A stretch of 64,000 nt of DNA from Mizuhopecten yessoensis. Lineage: Eukaryota. Below are positions 38,073 through 53,000 of this stretch, one piece after another; within the stretch, counting starts at the first letter, position 1; the number at the start of each line of letters is the position of its first letter. The stretch covers positions 1,745,801 to 1,809,800 of the forward strand of contig NW_018406089.1 of the NCBI RefSeq assembly GCF_002113885.1, read 5' to 3'. The notes under the pieces are model-generated. The model saw only the letters and a program-made list of their open reading frames with translations. It was not told the origin of the DNA and made no database searches. A program made the translations under genes and the position numbers.

Positions 38073-40072
38073 AGACCATAATTTATGCGATACGCCATAT
38101 TAATTTAATCGATATCTTTGAAAGCATCGGGTAATTATTGACCGCTTCAATCTGGCTTTAAAAGATCGTGTTCGAAAGTTTTAAAAATGCTCAGATTACT
38201 TTTTTTTTTTTTTTGATGGCTAGTTCTAAAAGTTCCAAAACATTTAATGGATTCTACAGCAGTAGATATTAATTTGATTTGGTCGACAGTATAAGGTAAC
38301 TTCTTAAAATTTGTTACTTACATAATAGACAAATATATAGCCCAGCAGGGAAACATGAACTTGGATCTATCAAGATGTTTCGAAGTGTTAAATAATAACG
38401 GTAGAAAGGACTATCTATAGTTTGGCTTCTTATGACCCAAAATCCATCGAAATAAAAAATCTTTAATAGAACTTTCAAATGACTGTTTCTTCAATTTTGA
38501 TTACTTCCCCGGTACTATCATGTAAACATTTATTTGTGTTTCAATTATGGCTGCTATGGTAACCTGTTAATATTTGCATACATTTATTAAGTTTGAACAT
38601 TCAGACAGATTTTCACTTAGAAGGAACTCTTGAACAAACTTTATATTTCTCCTAAAGATGTATTATAGGTGCCTACACATTATCATTACATATTAAGTTT
38701 TTCCAAGCATGCGCTTTATAGTTTCAAGGAGAAAAACTATGCAAAATATGACAATATGCACTCAATATTCTAAATTTTCTAAATTATTCCAATCTGAACT
38801 TGTTGCGATGGCAACAATAACTAGAAAAACAAATAAATACCTTCATGATAGTATTTCGAAAGTATTCAAAATTAAAGAAACAGTCGTTTGACAGTTTATT
38901 TAAAGGTTTTGAATTTTGATGCATGTTGGGGCCAAAACGCACCCAAATCATACATACATGTAGTCCTTTGAAGCAGAACACTAAAATCTATATCTCTGAT
39001 AAGTATGGTATCATTAATGAATGGAAAGTTTTTTCTCAAAGGCTTATATGAGATTCTTAGGTTGACGTGGGTTGTTATATGGGGAAAGGTTTGTTTTATT
39101 ATCTTAGTGAATGAAGCATTAGAAATAAAAACCCATAACGAGCAGAACACACAGACCACGTACCCACTCTCCTCCTTCCTAGAAAAGAGAGATCGAGATA
39201 TTAGGCAATGTTTGATTGTTTTGTGTATTGTTATCAATAACATTAAAGGAGAAAGCGGACAGCTAACAATAACAAGCAGAACACACTGAACACGTACACA
39301 CTTTCCGGATTGTGTTGAATATTTGGGTCAGTCATTCCTTGAATATTAACCGGAAACGTATTATTTCCTTGAGAATAAATAAGTTACTGTTCGATTGTTT
39401 GATAGTAGTTATAAAAACAAAAACAAACAAAAAGGTTATTATTGTCTGCTTAACAAGAAATACATTCACTCTTTTTAAAATATATTAAAGCAATGATGTT
39501 GTAATTTTCTTTCATGGGGTATGAAATGAATTTTTAATGCAAACAGATGGAATCTGCGTAGCGGATTATTTTAAAATTTGAAAAAACAATTATTTTCATA
39601 ATCCGACGAAATTATAAAAAAACCTTCAATGTTTATAATGAATTTCAATAACCTGTCATAAAATGGAGCCATAACAAAAAAAACCCGATCAATTAATTTT
39701 TAATAGTGGCAATTTATTGCGTGCGCAATAATACATAGCGAAAGAAATTCCGAGGGCGTTGCTTTTTTTCTTTCTTTCTTAGAACAATGAAAAGAATTGT
39801 TCGACCAATCAGATTTGAGTATTTAGTATAAAAAACCCAAAGAAAATTCATTATAAATATATATTAACGATTTGTGTTGAACAATATTAACTATAATACT
39901 CACAGTTATTACATAACCCGTTTGTTCCAATCATAATTGAACAATGACTACAAATGAACATAATGAAGACTGAGATAACTGATAAAAACTGTTATTTGAA
40001 TTTTTTTCCGAGATTAACATTTTTTTTAATCGGAAATCGTATGTCAACAACTCCAAGTTGCGTCATGTAATA

Positions 40073-40546
40073 TGCTTCAGTCACATTTGCGCCGGCCGCC
40101 GACCGGTAAGTAGGAATCGGCAGGCTTCCCGGCGTCCCGGGTGCCGGGGACCTTTTTCCGATGACTGGGATTTGCCGTGAGAATAATGGTGACATTAGAT
40201 CCGGGCACCGCATGGCCCCAGCAACCAATTTGCCCGATTTAATCGAACGGACATCTGAAGGATACCGTAGGGAGACCGTCTCAAGGATACCAAAAGACTA
40301 TCTCAAGGATACCACAAGACTATCTCAAGGATACCACAAGGCTATCTGACGATGGCCGGGCTGTCGTACAGTAGCCGGAAGATGTCCGTGTGGCGGGTGG
40401 GATACGTATATAGCCCGTACGGCGTCTAAAAATTGGCCGATAATCTCCCGGCGTCCTTACGGTTCCCTGGCTAGCCGGCCGATTTTGACCAAAAAAAGTA
40501 TCGCCCGGGCGCCTTTTCGGAAATCGGCGCAAATATGACTGAGGTT
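40073..40546. mobile_element. GC-rich non-autonomous TIR element (PIF/Harbinger-like)
   Basis: TIRs CTTCAGTCACATTTGCGCCG / CGGCGCAAATATGACTGAGG; internal 22-bp tandem (CTATCTCAAGGATACCACAAGA). Confidence 0.7.
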
Positions 40547-42416
40547 TAGGCTAAAAAAAGGGTTCCATTCGGGAAATTTCACTCAGTTTTGCTAACTCTA
40601 AAGGAATACATTATGTAGGTTATTGTCAAACGATTTGTCCAAGTTAAGGAAGGTTATCAACTGAATCAGTAACAGGTGAACACGATTTATATAGTCGTCT
40701 GTCAAAGTTGGGATTGATATATGAAGGGAACTAACTCGTACAATTAAGAGAATACAAACACCAGTTGTTAGGCTCGGAGACTGAATGAGCTCGGTGTTCG
40801 TTGATTCTGGGTTAATATCGGCATAATTAACGACACAATTTGAAACAATGCATACTTATTTCAACAAATTAAAGCCACTGCATCATATTTTCGTTCATAC
40901 CCGACTCAGACAATTCAAGGAGGCTGACACATACGGAACGAATTTTCGCTTAAAATGATATTTTCTTATTTAAGTGCGTCCGAATCTTTCTTTCATTGTT
41001 GATGCAAGCGTTAACTAGGAGTTCAAAATGGTGCACGAACGTTTTTATGCTTGTTCTGGTAACCTGAGCACTTCATTAAACTTACATGTAACTTTGTTTC
41101 AGAACCATATCATAATGTGAAATCAATGTATAATGTCAATTATATCAAATAACAATAACTCAAGTTGGACTCAATGCAACTACCAAATATTAGTAGAACC
41201 TTGAAATATAGCGGCTCTCCACTTCGAGCTAGTAAAAAGATGGCTGTCGTAGACTCTCAGCTGAGCCTGCGCACCACGTCTAGACATTAATCTTCCGCGA
41301 TGACGCGTCAGAAAATTTGATATCTTATGTTTTCATCAACAAAAATAAAACATGACATTCAAAATATGTTTTTGTGTTTTGTTTCGACATAATTTGTATA
41401 TTGAACTATCAACGTACACCATCATTTTGTATGATGGTCCTTCAATGGCGAACTATATATTTTAACACTACGTAGAACTGCACAAGCTCCAGAACCTGGG
41501 ACAAACTATCAGAATGGACTTCACAAGTTCCAATTATTGAGAGGGGAAAAAAACGTTGATTGAAATATAAGGTTTGGAACTTGCTTTGGTCGATTTCATG
41601 GGGTGATGAATTGAGTTGACCTTAGAAGTTCATATTGAATTTGTTACACGCATGACAAACTCATTTCATCACCCATTGAAATCGTCATAAGCAAGATTCA
41701 ATCCTTAAACAACATTACCATGTTTTTATACGTATTGGGCATACGCATGGCCACGGGTTTATAGTGACCCGGCAGGATTTTCAGGACTTTTCATATATTG
41801 CTTTAAAGTTTGTAAGTTTTTCTGTCGTTTTACTTTTTCCGAGTGAATGATTTCGTCGTGTCTGGATAAAACCATCGTCAGGACGCGTGAGGCTTTCTGA
41901 GAGTAGGAGCGTGTGTGGTGTTCTCTTCAGTCTCCTCTGGAATTGAAGACATGAAATCAGATGAGATTAATAATTTCTCACCATTATTCAATTTAAACAA
42001 TTACATACCTCTTCATATCTGAGAAGAGTCTGAAAACCCCCATCTTTTACTGTGAATAAACAAAGTTCTATACTGTGATTAACAAAGTTCTATACACGCT
42101 ATATATGCTATGACCTGGTATTTTCCCGATTATCATCATACCAATAATTTTCCCGTATTCTGTTAGTATTTACATATTATACCTAGTATTTTTGTAAAAT
42201 GTTAAATTTCTTTTAGTTCAAACAGTTGTTGTATTCAATACAAAAAATGTAATCCAACTAAAACGTAGGACTTTTATTAGTTCAGAGGCAATGGAACCTG
42301 AATGACCCGAAATAATCGATCACTTTCTCGTGCTATCGAGATATTTCTCCTATATAAACGAAATCCGTATCTTATATTAAACGGAACAAGATATCTCGTA
42401 TTAACGAGATTGCTAT

Positions 42417-42581
42417 CACTGAGGATGATGAAGATGATGTGTGCGCGTTAGTGTGAGTGTTCTTGATGATGAGGATGATGTGTGCGATCAAGTGTGAGTG
42501 TGTCCTTGTGGGTGTCTTTGTCTTATCTGTAATTGCCATAAGTTGTAAAACTTCAACAAATAAAGAACTTGAACTTTAACT
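42417..42581 (+). mobile_element. Short LINE-like 3' end insertion specific to duplication unit 2
   Basis: Absent at the homologous site near 31477; ends AATAAAGAACTTGAACTTTAACTT. Confidence 0.55.
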
Positions 42582-44589
42582 TAATTATAATAACCAGATC
42601 GGGATCCATATGTGTCTTGTTACCGAGATCCGTGACACGTATTAATGAAAACAATATCTTATATATCTCGTACGAATCAGATCAATATCTCGTATTTAAG
42701 ACATCTCTATCTCGTATTACCGAGGGACGTACTTCGATATGACGAAATCGATTTCTCGTATTATCACTGATATCAGTGTGTCGAATAATACAGCTAACTA
42801 CAGTGTATCTCGTAATATTGAGGTCCACATCTCGGTATAATGAGATTCAGATTGTGTGTTAACGAGACCGAAATCTCGTATAAACGAGATAGAAAGTACA
42901 TTTAATAGGAAAGTACACGTTATGTTAAATGGCCGGTGCATTTGTCCATAGATTATATAGACTGAGGTACAAGTCTTAAATGAATACTATTCTGGTGCTA
43001 TACCGGAAGTACAAAAGGATCGGAGAAATAACAGATATAAATCATACTTTTACTAACATCGTCGAACGAAATATATTTCACCAGCTGAACAAAACAGCGA
43101 CAGAGCGTATTAAATTTACAAATACCGTGCTCTGGTTCTTAACTTTTCATGACTTCTTTTTAATATGTATATCCTGAGGTTAGTGCCAACATGGTACTGA
43201 AGAAGCTAAAATAAATCCTGTACAGGTAGACATGTGTCTGTGTGACCGATAAGAGGGCGCGATACTTCTGAATTTACGGCTTGCATTCCCGGTACTCTTG
43301 GACATACAGTGGCGTGTCATCTTAAAGTCGCAGACAAACAATAGATGACCATACCGAGATTCCAACCCTGGACCCTCCCTTCGAACTCTAGACGTATGCT
43401 CTACCCATTAAGCTTACTACTCGCCGGCAAACGACCCAGTCCAGTTCCGCTACACTCCCCGTTCTGTTTATAAGTTTTTATCCTGGATAACAACACCATA
43501 TAATACCAAGGTCTTTCAAAGTATTCACCAAGTACTGTTAACAAAGGTCGGTAGTTGGTCCCATGGTAACAAGAGATAAAAAAAAAATACACGGCCGGAC
43601 CGTGACTCGAACCCGGGACCCTCCACAATCTAGACGGACGTTCTCCCAAATGAGCTGATCCAGTTCAGTTCAGCTCCGCTACATATATACATGCATGTGT
43701 AGCTCACATTGAATGCGTTAAAAATGTTTAAAACTGCTTCTTCCGAGTAACCAAAAGGCCTTGGGTAATGATATTCGCTCGACAACAAGCTCAGATGAAG
43801 AGCTACCAAGTTTGCTCAAATAAATGACCTTCTCCATTACCCATGATCGAAGGAGTCAGATGAATGAAAATCATAAAATGACTTATTTTGAATAAACTAC
43901 AGGCCTAAGGCGCTAGGACAAATGGGTATCAAGGTTGTGTCAATAAATGACCTTCACTCATATTCAAATTCACATGGGTCAAATGTGTTGGATAAATTGA
44001 AACGACGTATTTTGACTAACGAAAAGACCAATGGTAATATCATTTAGCAAGTAGAATGCTGTGACGAAGATATTTCAAAATTGTTTAAATGAATTACTTT
44101 CATATATTAAAATCAAAAGGACAATGGTTAGTTAAGTTGAAGAATTAAAGAGTCAGATGTAATGAAAATATTAAAACAACTTCTCTGTACAATTCAAAGG
44201 CCTAAGGTAAGGAGAGCACAAGATGATAATATATGGCGAGCATTTTCCAGTTAATCTTTCTGATGTAAATTGCAATGCCGCTGAAACAAACATTAATTGT
44301 TTCTTGAAAAATAATTTTCTGCTGTTTACCTGATAATATTTTCATATAATTCTGTTAAGTGTTTTTTCAAGATAAGGCACTTAAACAAAAATATAATTGA
44401 ATCCTTAAAAAATAATTTTCTAATGTTTCTCTGATAGTATTTTCAAAATATTCCGTTAAGTGATTTTCAAGATAAGACAAGTTAAAATGTAATCTCGGAA
44501 TTAAATATTAACAATAAGATTGCGGTAAAATAAATACAAACAAACAAATAACTACAAATCCTCCAACATAAACCTCAAGATCAGTATCT

Positions 44590-45500
44590 TACGGAAGAGA
44601 AAAAGGGCCATGTAGAAAAAACAACATTATTTCGTTTTAAGCTCACCTGGCCCGAAGGGGTCCGTCCGTCATTTTTTTTCTTTTGAACGACTTCTTCTGA
44701 AGAATTGGATGACCTAGGGTCACGACATTTAACCAGTAGGTACGTGGGATAGGGTGCTATAAAGTTTCCTCATTAAAATGGTATTGACTTACTTTCATGG
44801 TCAAATATGTTAAACAATTCAAACAAAAATATCCTAAGAATCATTTGGACAAGAGTCATGATATTTGGATTCGTATGTACACTATCAGTGTAAATCTTTT
44901 TCTTCATTACAGTAATGGGGTCAAAGGACAATTTTAAGTGTAAGTCAGAGGTCAAAGGTCAACATGGGTTAAAAGATTTAACAATCTTCTTCTCAAGTTC
45001 CATAAGGCCAAGGGTCATGCTATTTGACAAGTGGGTACCTGGGATGGAGTGCTCCACATTAAAATGGTCTTGACCTACTTTCAAGGTCACAGGGGTCAAA
45101 TATGTTAAAAACTTCCAACAACAATATCTTAAGAACCATTTGGTTTAGAGTCATGATACTTGGGTATATTACATTGTACATGTATACCAGCTGTGTGAAT
45201 CGTTTTCTTTATTAGAGTAACGAGGTCAAAGGTAAACTTAAAGTGCTAGCCGGAGTCAGGGTTAAGGGTTTGGGTTAAAAGCTTTATAAATAAAATTTCA
45301 AATTTCAAACAACAATATCTAAGAGCCGTTTAAGAGATGTTAAAATATGTCTTAGCACGAACCTTTCTGATGATAACTTGAAGTTTCAAGATAATAACTC
45401 GAAATTTCGACTTCCTAACTTAAATTTCAAGAAAATATCTCGAAATTTCGAAATCTCGAAACTTATTTATTTTCTACATGGCCCTAAATGCTCTTCCGTA
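44590..45500. mobile_element. Non-autonomous IS3EU element (paralog of 34013-34689) with a nested HINE-like MITE
   Basis: GTATCT|TACGGAAGAGAAAAAGGGCCATGTAGAA ... TTCTACATGGCCCTAAATGCTCTTCCGTA|GTATTT; CTCGAAATTTCGA subterminal palindromes; nested element starts TTTAAGCTCACCTGGCCCGAAGGG. Confidence 0.8.
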
Positions 45501-46440
45501 GTATTTCGTATTAATGAAATCAAATTATCAGGTGACATGTGTTGGTTTCCATATATTAATCCGACCGAGGTACCAGTCTATATACACGTGTATTCTACCC
45601 ATGTGATATATCGGAAGTATTAAAGGAATGGGAAAACATCTGGCACTAAATATTTGTTTATTTACATTTTAAAACGATGTAATCATCACCAACTTAAAAC
45701 CTATGAAAAACATCAACATGAATTGTAGAAAACATATCAGTATATAGATTGACGCCCCCTTTCCAATGATCGTGTTCTAGTTTTTATCTGGTCTTGCCTA
45801 CTGCTGTAAATGTTGAGATTAAGTGTCATACTGGTACAAAAGATAAGATTGGAGGAACCTACACTAGAATTGTGTGGGTAAAACACCGTCTGTGAGACCG
45901 AGGTGATTGTGAATTTTGAACTGACACATATTTCAGGCGTTCTTTATGAAAATTTGACAAAAAATTTACACAAAACCTGTTTGACTGAAATATCTTGAAA
46001 ATGACCTAAAAAAAATAATGTTTACAAAATGCAGAAAGTACGTAATATAGTGGGAAAATACGCTTGTGACCGTAAATTTGGCTCAAGTTTGTATACCCGA
46101 AGATATTGGTGTTTTTTCTGATAGACTGTGATGCGGGACTATACCAGACATAAAACCGGAAGTACAATGGAATGGGAAATGATCAGATATCAATTCTATG
46201 ATAACTTACATCGTCGAACGATGTAAACTTCAACAACTTAAAAAAACCACACGAAAAGTATTCCAACACAAAACGTATCAAAATATCAGTATGTAGATTG
46301 TCGTCCCCTTTCCAAAGGTCGTGACAACTGCTTTATATGTATATCCTTAGGTTTACTGTCAACTTGGTACAAAAGATAAGACTAAAGTTATAAATTAGGG
46401 CAAGTTGCAAAAATAAGTCAGTGTCTGTTTGAACGACAAG

Positions 46441-48120
46441 ATGACCACCATGCTTGTGATTCTTGTACTGATCATATGTTTGACCAGTTCTTTAGGAAAT
46501 AAGGTTAGAAATGAGCTTGATCCTGATATTCCTTCTCTGCTGTTGCATGACCTTGACTCTGGCAGCCCGCCGCTAACACAGAAGGACCTTAAACACGACA
46601 TTCACCTTCAACAATGGCAAGACCTTGTCACTTTCGTTTACAGGAAAATTGAAGATATGGAACGACATCTGACTGAAAAGGACGAACGCATTGACCAACT
46701 AGAATTAAACATCGCTAGTCAGATGACTAAAATTAAGCAGCTGAAACGGGGGATGACGTCACTTGAGAAAGAAGTATCAGAGAAAAATGAAGTTGTCGGC
46801 AAATTGTTGGCAAGAGTATCAGACTTAGAGGGACTTGTGATGTCTGATGCCATTACAAGTGAACGTGACACTGTTAGATCTCAGAGGACTGAAAACGAAT
46901 CTCAAACTGACCTTGTTCAAACTTCGGACTCCAGACCTGGATCTAGTGTTAAGAAGATGTTTACCTCCCAACATTTCGTTCCTAAAACCTCAAACTATCA
47001 AAATACTAGCACTGTGCTGCCTCAATTTAATGATCTCGTGAATAAATCTGACGAGGATGAATCTGTTGTGTACACTGATAACGGGTCCGAAGATTTATCG
47101 ATAGCGAAGCACTCAAGATTCCAACAAAAACGTAAGTACATATCCGAACAAAATAGACACGATGTGTATGATGTTTAACTGATGTCTTCATTATAACTCT
47201 AACGTATAAAAGCAAATGTAAGTATTTAAAGTTAGTATTAAGTGAGTAGTTTGATCATGTCAAAAATCCTATGTCTTAACAAATGTATTGTGAATTTAAT
47301 ATAAAGTGTCTTATATTATTATGCAATAATCTTTGTAGCCTTATAACGCATTTGACAATCCCTATAGTCTGAACTACGTAAATTGTTAATTCCTATACTC
47401 TGTATTACGTAATTTGAAACATGGTAAACGTAAACGAAGATATGTTGGTGTAAACACAGACAATAATATAAACATATCAATCTATGTGTGGTTTTTTAAT
47501 TTAAATATAAGGGTATTTTATGTCCGAATTGAAAGCCCTATGTAATATATATGTCTTATGTTTAAAAAATAAACTATTGTTAACTCATTGCAAAGCCAAA
47601 TATAGAGCAGCAAGGTTATACATATTTGACAATGATAAAACAACACGTTTTGAATTACTGTTATTCATCTGTAATATGTTATCTCTTACATTGTATTGTA
47701 GGCGTAACGCCTAAAGCTACCATAGCTTTCCACGTAGCTTTGTCCTCGAATAAAGATGTCACAATAGACGTAGTAGTAGTGTATGATTTGGAGACTCTGG
47801 ACCAGGGGAATGGATACAACCCAAGGGAAGGGTTCTACACCGTCCCGGAGTCTGGAACCTACGTCCTCACCTGGACCACTATTTGTTATGTACACAATGA
47901 ATTCCAGACTGTCCTTGTGGTGAATGGGGCTGTAAGAGGGTCATCATGGACGGATGCTTTAGGGGTAAACGATTTACATCAAACTACAGCTATCGTCGTC
48001 CTCACACTGAATCAGGGAGATCGTGTCTTCATCCGTATGGGACATACGCATGGACACGGGATAATATTGAGTCAAAGCGAATTTGGACAGTCTACCTTCT
48101 CAGGATGGAAGCTTGAGTGA
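46441..48120 (+). CDS. C1qDC gene 2, ~369 aa; exons 46441-47131 and 47702-48120
   Basis: Same architecture as gene 1 with three 12-aa repeats; phase-1 intron; intact gC1q; AATAAA at 48161. Confidence 0.93.
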
Positions 48121-49050
48121 GAGATGGGGCAAAATGACGTAATTCATTTGCCTAAATGCTAATAAATGTGTTCCTACTTATTTGTTCTTTTTAACAATCA
48201 GACAGACACTCAACATATATTTAATCTCTCTTTGACGTAGTGGATGATATTTCTGCCAGTATTTGACGAAATGTGTGTGGAAGTTGAATTTTATTTTCTT
48301 AAATGTTGTATACTTATACCAGCTTATACTATTTATCAAATTATATGAGATACATGTATATCAATTATTGTTTGACTAACTGTATAAGCGATTTCAATCA
48401 GTGTTTTGCTAACTGTATACTCAATTTCAATCAGTGTTTTGCTAACTGTATGAAATACTTAAATCAGTAATTGGCTTACTGAATGAGATGCAGATACTAG
48501 AATAAACCCCAGTACAGCATTAATTATCATACGGAAAAGTGCCGAAATGTTTGCCCAAACAAGCATCTGACTTTGACGCCTAGAATGGAGTATAATATAG
48601 CCTGCATTTGGAATTACAGTCTCTAGGCTACAACATAATGTTTGACACTTTATAATATATATATGTATTCAGAATTCTTATGAAAATTATTTTATAAAGT
48701 TTTCGATTTTTTTTCTTAATAAGATAAATCTCAGACAAAACAAAGGGGGCCACTGCATTAGATGTGGACAGTATGAAGTATAATTATACCGATGTTAAGA
48801 ATGTTATCCCAATAGATAACCCACATGTCTTTCAAGGTTTTTTTCTCGCGAAAACGAATAACGGCAAAGGATTATAAACCAAAGACACTGAAATAATTGT
48901 TTACAAGTAACATCGACCTAGATCAGCTGTCGCCGAGCAGAACGCACAGAACACTTACACCATCTTCTGGTTTTTGTTGCGTCTATTTTGGAAGAAAGCC
49001 ATCGAGTTATTTCCTTCAAAACAGATAAGGCACTATTTTAATGTTGTAAA

Positions 49051-49338
49051 GTGGGAAGAAATTTTCGACACGCCAAAAAGAACATCAGAACAGTCTACTC
49101 TAGAAATACGCGGAAGACATCCGAAAAAACAATAAATAAATCAGCTATAACAGACCATGTTAATATATACAACCACATCATAGACTGGAACAACTCCAAT
49201 TTGCTTGAAAGGGAGGACAACTGGAAATGTAGGAAAATAAAAGAATCCATTTGGATTAAGAGGGAATGTAAAGCAATGAACAAAGACGAAGGGGTCACCA
49301 GCTGCATCATCTTTATGACCCATTTTAACATTCACTAA
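49051..49338 (+). mobile_element. Penelope-like element remnant (GIY-YIG endonuclease C-terminus)
   Basis: KSAITDHV...NHIIDWNN..LLEREDNWKCRKIKESIWIK...MNKDEG matches the characteristic PLE endonuclease C-terminal signature. Confidence 0.75.
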
Positions 49339-50047
49339 GGGGCCGGAAGGGGTTCACATGTAACCCGTCCTGCCAGCTGTATTAGAGTGCTTTGTAGATG
49401 AAATTTCTTGACATTTTCTGACGGGTAACTTTACTTATTCTGCACATTGAGGCTCGGCGAGTTGTTTTCAGCGGTTTAGGTTTGAGACACCGGTCATTTT
49501 CGAAAGCTTGCAAAACAAATCATTATCATCATATGATATACACATTTGATATAACGACCTATCTGCATTTAAAACAAACTTTAACATTTAATGTAAATAA
49601 TAATATTCACAGGATTTACATATTCCATTTTTTTACATCGCTTTTGGGTTTATGATATCAGGTATAGCGATTTCTGGAAAAAACGACTACAATTAGAATC
49701 AAAACGACTGAGTTAATTGTATTTAGCTGTCCATGGTAAGCCAATTGTAATACAGAATTAAATGAATGGGAAAACATCTGGTATTACATATATGTCTACT
49801 TTAATCGTTCGACAATGTTAACTTCACTAACTTGAAAATTACAAAAATAATTTCAATACAAAACGTAGTAAAACATCAGTACGTAGATAGTCGCTCCCGT
49901 TTCCAAAGATCGTGTTTTGTTCATCTAGCCGTGACAACCTGCTATATATGTATATATCCTTAGGTTTAGTGTCAATCAGGTACAAAAGATAAGACTGAAG
50001 AAATACATACGCTTCAGCTTTCATAGTAAGTCATTGTCTGTTTGAAC

Positions 50048-53000
50048 GACCACCACGCTTGTCAATTTCGTGCTGACCATATATATGTTTGACCGGTACC
50101 TTAGGACATATGGTTAGAGAAGAGATTGACCCTGACATTCCAACTTTGCCGTTGCATGACCTTGACACTGGCAGCCAGCCGCTAAAATAAAAGGATATAG
50201 AGCCTAAAATTCATCCCCTACAATGGCAGGATCTTAAACACGAAAATCCGGCGCTAAAACGACGGAACGTTGACCGTGGAAATCCACATAAACAATGGCA
50301 GGATCTTGTTACTATCGTTTACCGGAAATTGAAGGTATGGAACGACTTTTGACCGAAAAGGACGAACGCATTGACAAACTGGAATTAAACATCACTAGTC
50401 ATATGACCGAAAGTAATCAGCTAAAACGGGGGATGACGCCACTCGAGCAAATGGTCGTAGAGAAGAACGAAGTTATCAACAGGTTGGTGACGAGAGTAGC
50501 AGACTTTGAGCGGGGTGTTTATCGTCGTCAAAGTGCCCAATATTGCAAAACAAACGTAAGTACATATCCCGCAAAAAATAACAATAAATATACACAATAA
50601 ATGATGTTTATCTTCCGTAAGCAATATGATGGTCACATAGTGTTACCTTTGTTGGCATCATTTTCAGTAGCATGATACAAAATTGATATAGTAGTCCTAA
50701 TATTTATATATTTATATATAAGACATAAAGTTATACATGAAAATGAAAGAAACCCGTAATGTTATCAAAGACGAAGCTAGAGTAAAATATAAACGAAGTA
50801 TACATTAAAACGAAGACCCAAGTAAAATGCAAAATAATAAGACCCGATCAGAAATGAAATGAAGTTTTAGTGTGCAAAATATTTCTCCGGAAACGGAACA
50901 CTCATGGGAAAGTGCGTTAAATTTGCGTGCAAAAATAGATACAAAATTATTTTTTTTATGTCAAAGAACGATCTTTCATCGTTATTCGCTGATGAATATT
51001 GTTACATGGGCAGCTTTATTTTGGAAAAATTACAAAAATGTATCATATTATACGAGCGCTATTTACTTTAATTCATTTTCAGAAGCCTGATTTTTCAAAA
51101 CCAATGCAACATTGTAGAGCATGCCAGAATCTCATTGAATGTTTGAAATATTTCAAAGATATGTATCTTTTTGCTAACATAGATAGTTTATAACAAATTC
51201 TATTTCATTTGCGATGTAACGTCACTTTTCATTGTTTATAACCAAATAATAACGAAAGGAGTTATTTTCCAACGAACCATGCTCTTCCAAAAGCATTGCC
51301 TGCTAGTTTCATTTGTAGAATCAGGGTACCCGCATTTAATTTTGTGTGTATTTGAATTGTTTTGCTATTTTCAAGTAAACCTGTAGAATGTATAAATTAC
51401 CGCGAACGTTACTTGAAATAGTTTTTAACTCTGTCAAGTGCTTATTTTATGTGATGGAGAGCGATGTCGATGTTTGGGTGGATTTAATTGATGGAAATAA
51501 ATACCAGGTATAAATCATGACGTCAGTGTTAATTGTTTATCGTCTGTGGACAAAATTACAAGTGAAAATGAAAAATCTTTACAAAATACATGTATATCCA
51601 GGTTAAATAGACAAAATAGGACAACTGCCCACAAGCTTACACGTGAGAAACACGCGCATCCTGTTGTGAAACAACGATATAAAGTGATCAAGTGACAGAA
51701 CAGCCTAATTTGAATAATTAGGTGATGTAGGTCACCTTGCTTATCGCCGGCGAATGGACACTTGAGTAGACACAAAAAAGACTTTATTACATTTGACTTG
51801 GGAGAAAAGATATAATGAACATAGTTAGGTTTGTAGAAATTTTGAGAAAATAGTAAAACAAATGTGTTTCCAAATAATCGTTGACTATTTCTTAAATGCT
51901 ATCCAAATACAAACGTGTCCTTTCAGAGTAGATTACAATTATGTTTTGGATTCTTTTCACAGAACCAAGCTCCAGAGATATCACTTTGCAACAGAAAGGA
52001 AACAAGAGTACCGCGGGGCGGAACAATATACGTCCGTCGAATGCCATATTGTTTTATATACTTTCTTACATTGAAATAAGATCTGCATCATTCAAAGAGT
52101 GGTTGGTTAGCTGACATGCTATAAAAATGTAGGATAAAATTTCAGGATAAAAAATCAAATACTGAAATGAACAAAGGGCAATAACTTTTGAAAATATCGT
52201 TGAATCAAAATTCTTTTCAAGGAAACACAACTTCATATCATGATTATTGAGCCTACTAAGTGTTTAAGAGATCCGTTGAAAAATGTAGGAGGAGATTGCC
52301 GGACAAAAATCCAATACTGAAATGAACAAAGGGCAATAACTTTTGAAAATATCGTTGAATCAAAATTCTTTTCAAGGAAACACAACTTCATATCATGATT
52401 ATTGAGCCTACTAAGTGTTTAAGAGATCCGTTGAAAAATGTAGGAGGAGATTGCCGGACAAAAATCCAATACTGAAATGAACAAAGGGCAATTACTTAAA
52501 AAAAAAGTCAAATCAAAATTCTTTTCAAGGAAAGACAACTTCATATCATGATTATAATGTATACCAAGTTTCAAAGAGATCCGTTGAAAAATGTAGGAGG
52601 AGATTGCCGGACAAAAATCCAATACTGAAATGAACAAAGGGCAATTACTTAAAAAAAAAATGTCAAATAAAAATTCTTTTCAAGGAAAGACAACTTCATA
52701 TCATGATTATAATGTATACCAAGTTTCAAAGAGATCCGTTGAAAAATGTAGGAGGAGATTGCCGGACAAAAATTAAATACTGGCAATAGCATTTGGAAAA
52801 ATTGTTAAATCAAAATTCTTTTCAGGGAGACACAATTTCATATCATGATTATAATGTATACCAAGTTTCAAAGAGATCGATCGAAAAATGTAGGAGGAGA
52901 TTGCCGGACAAACAAAAGTTTACGCCGGGCGACCGGGCGGCCGGACGGACGGACAACCCCATACCATAATACTCCCGTTAAATTTGACGGGCGTATAAAA

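Larger units (their letters stand above)
41777..48120 (+). repeat. Segmental duplication unit 2 (upstream region + C1qDC gene 2)
   Basis: Colinear with 30014-37606; carries a unit-specific insertion at ~42417-42581. Confidence 0.9.
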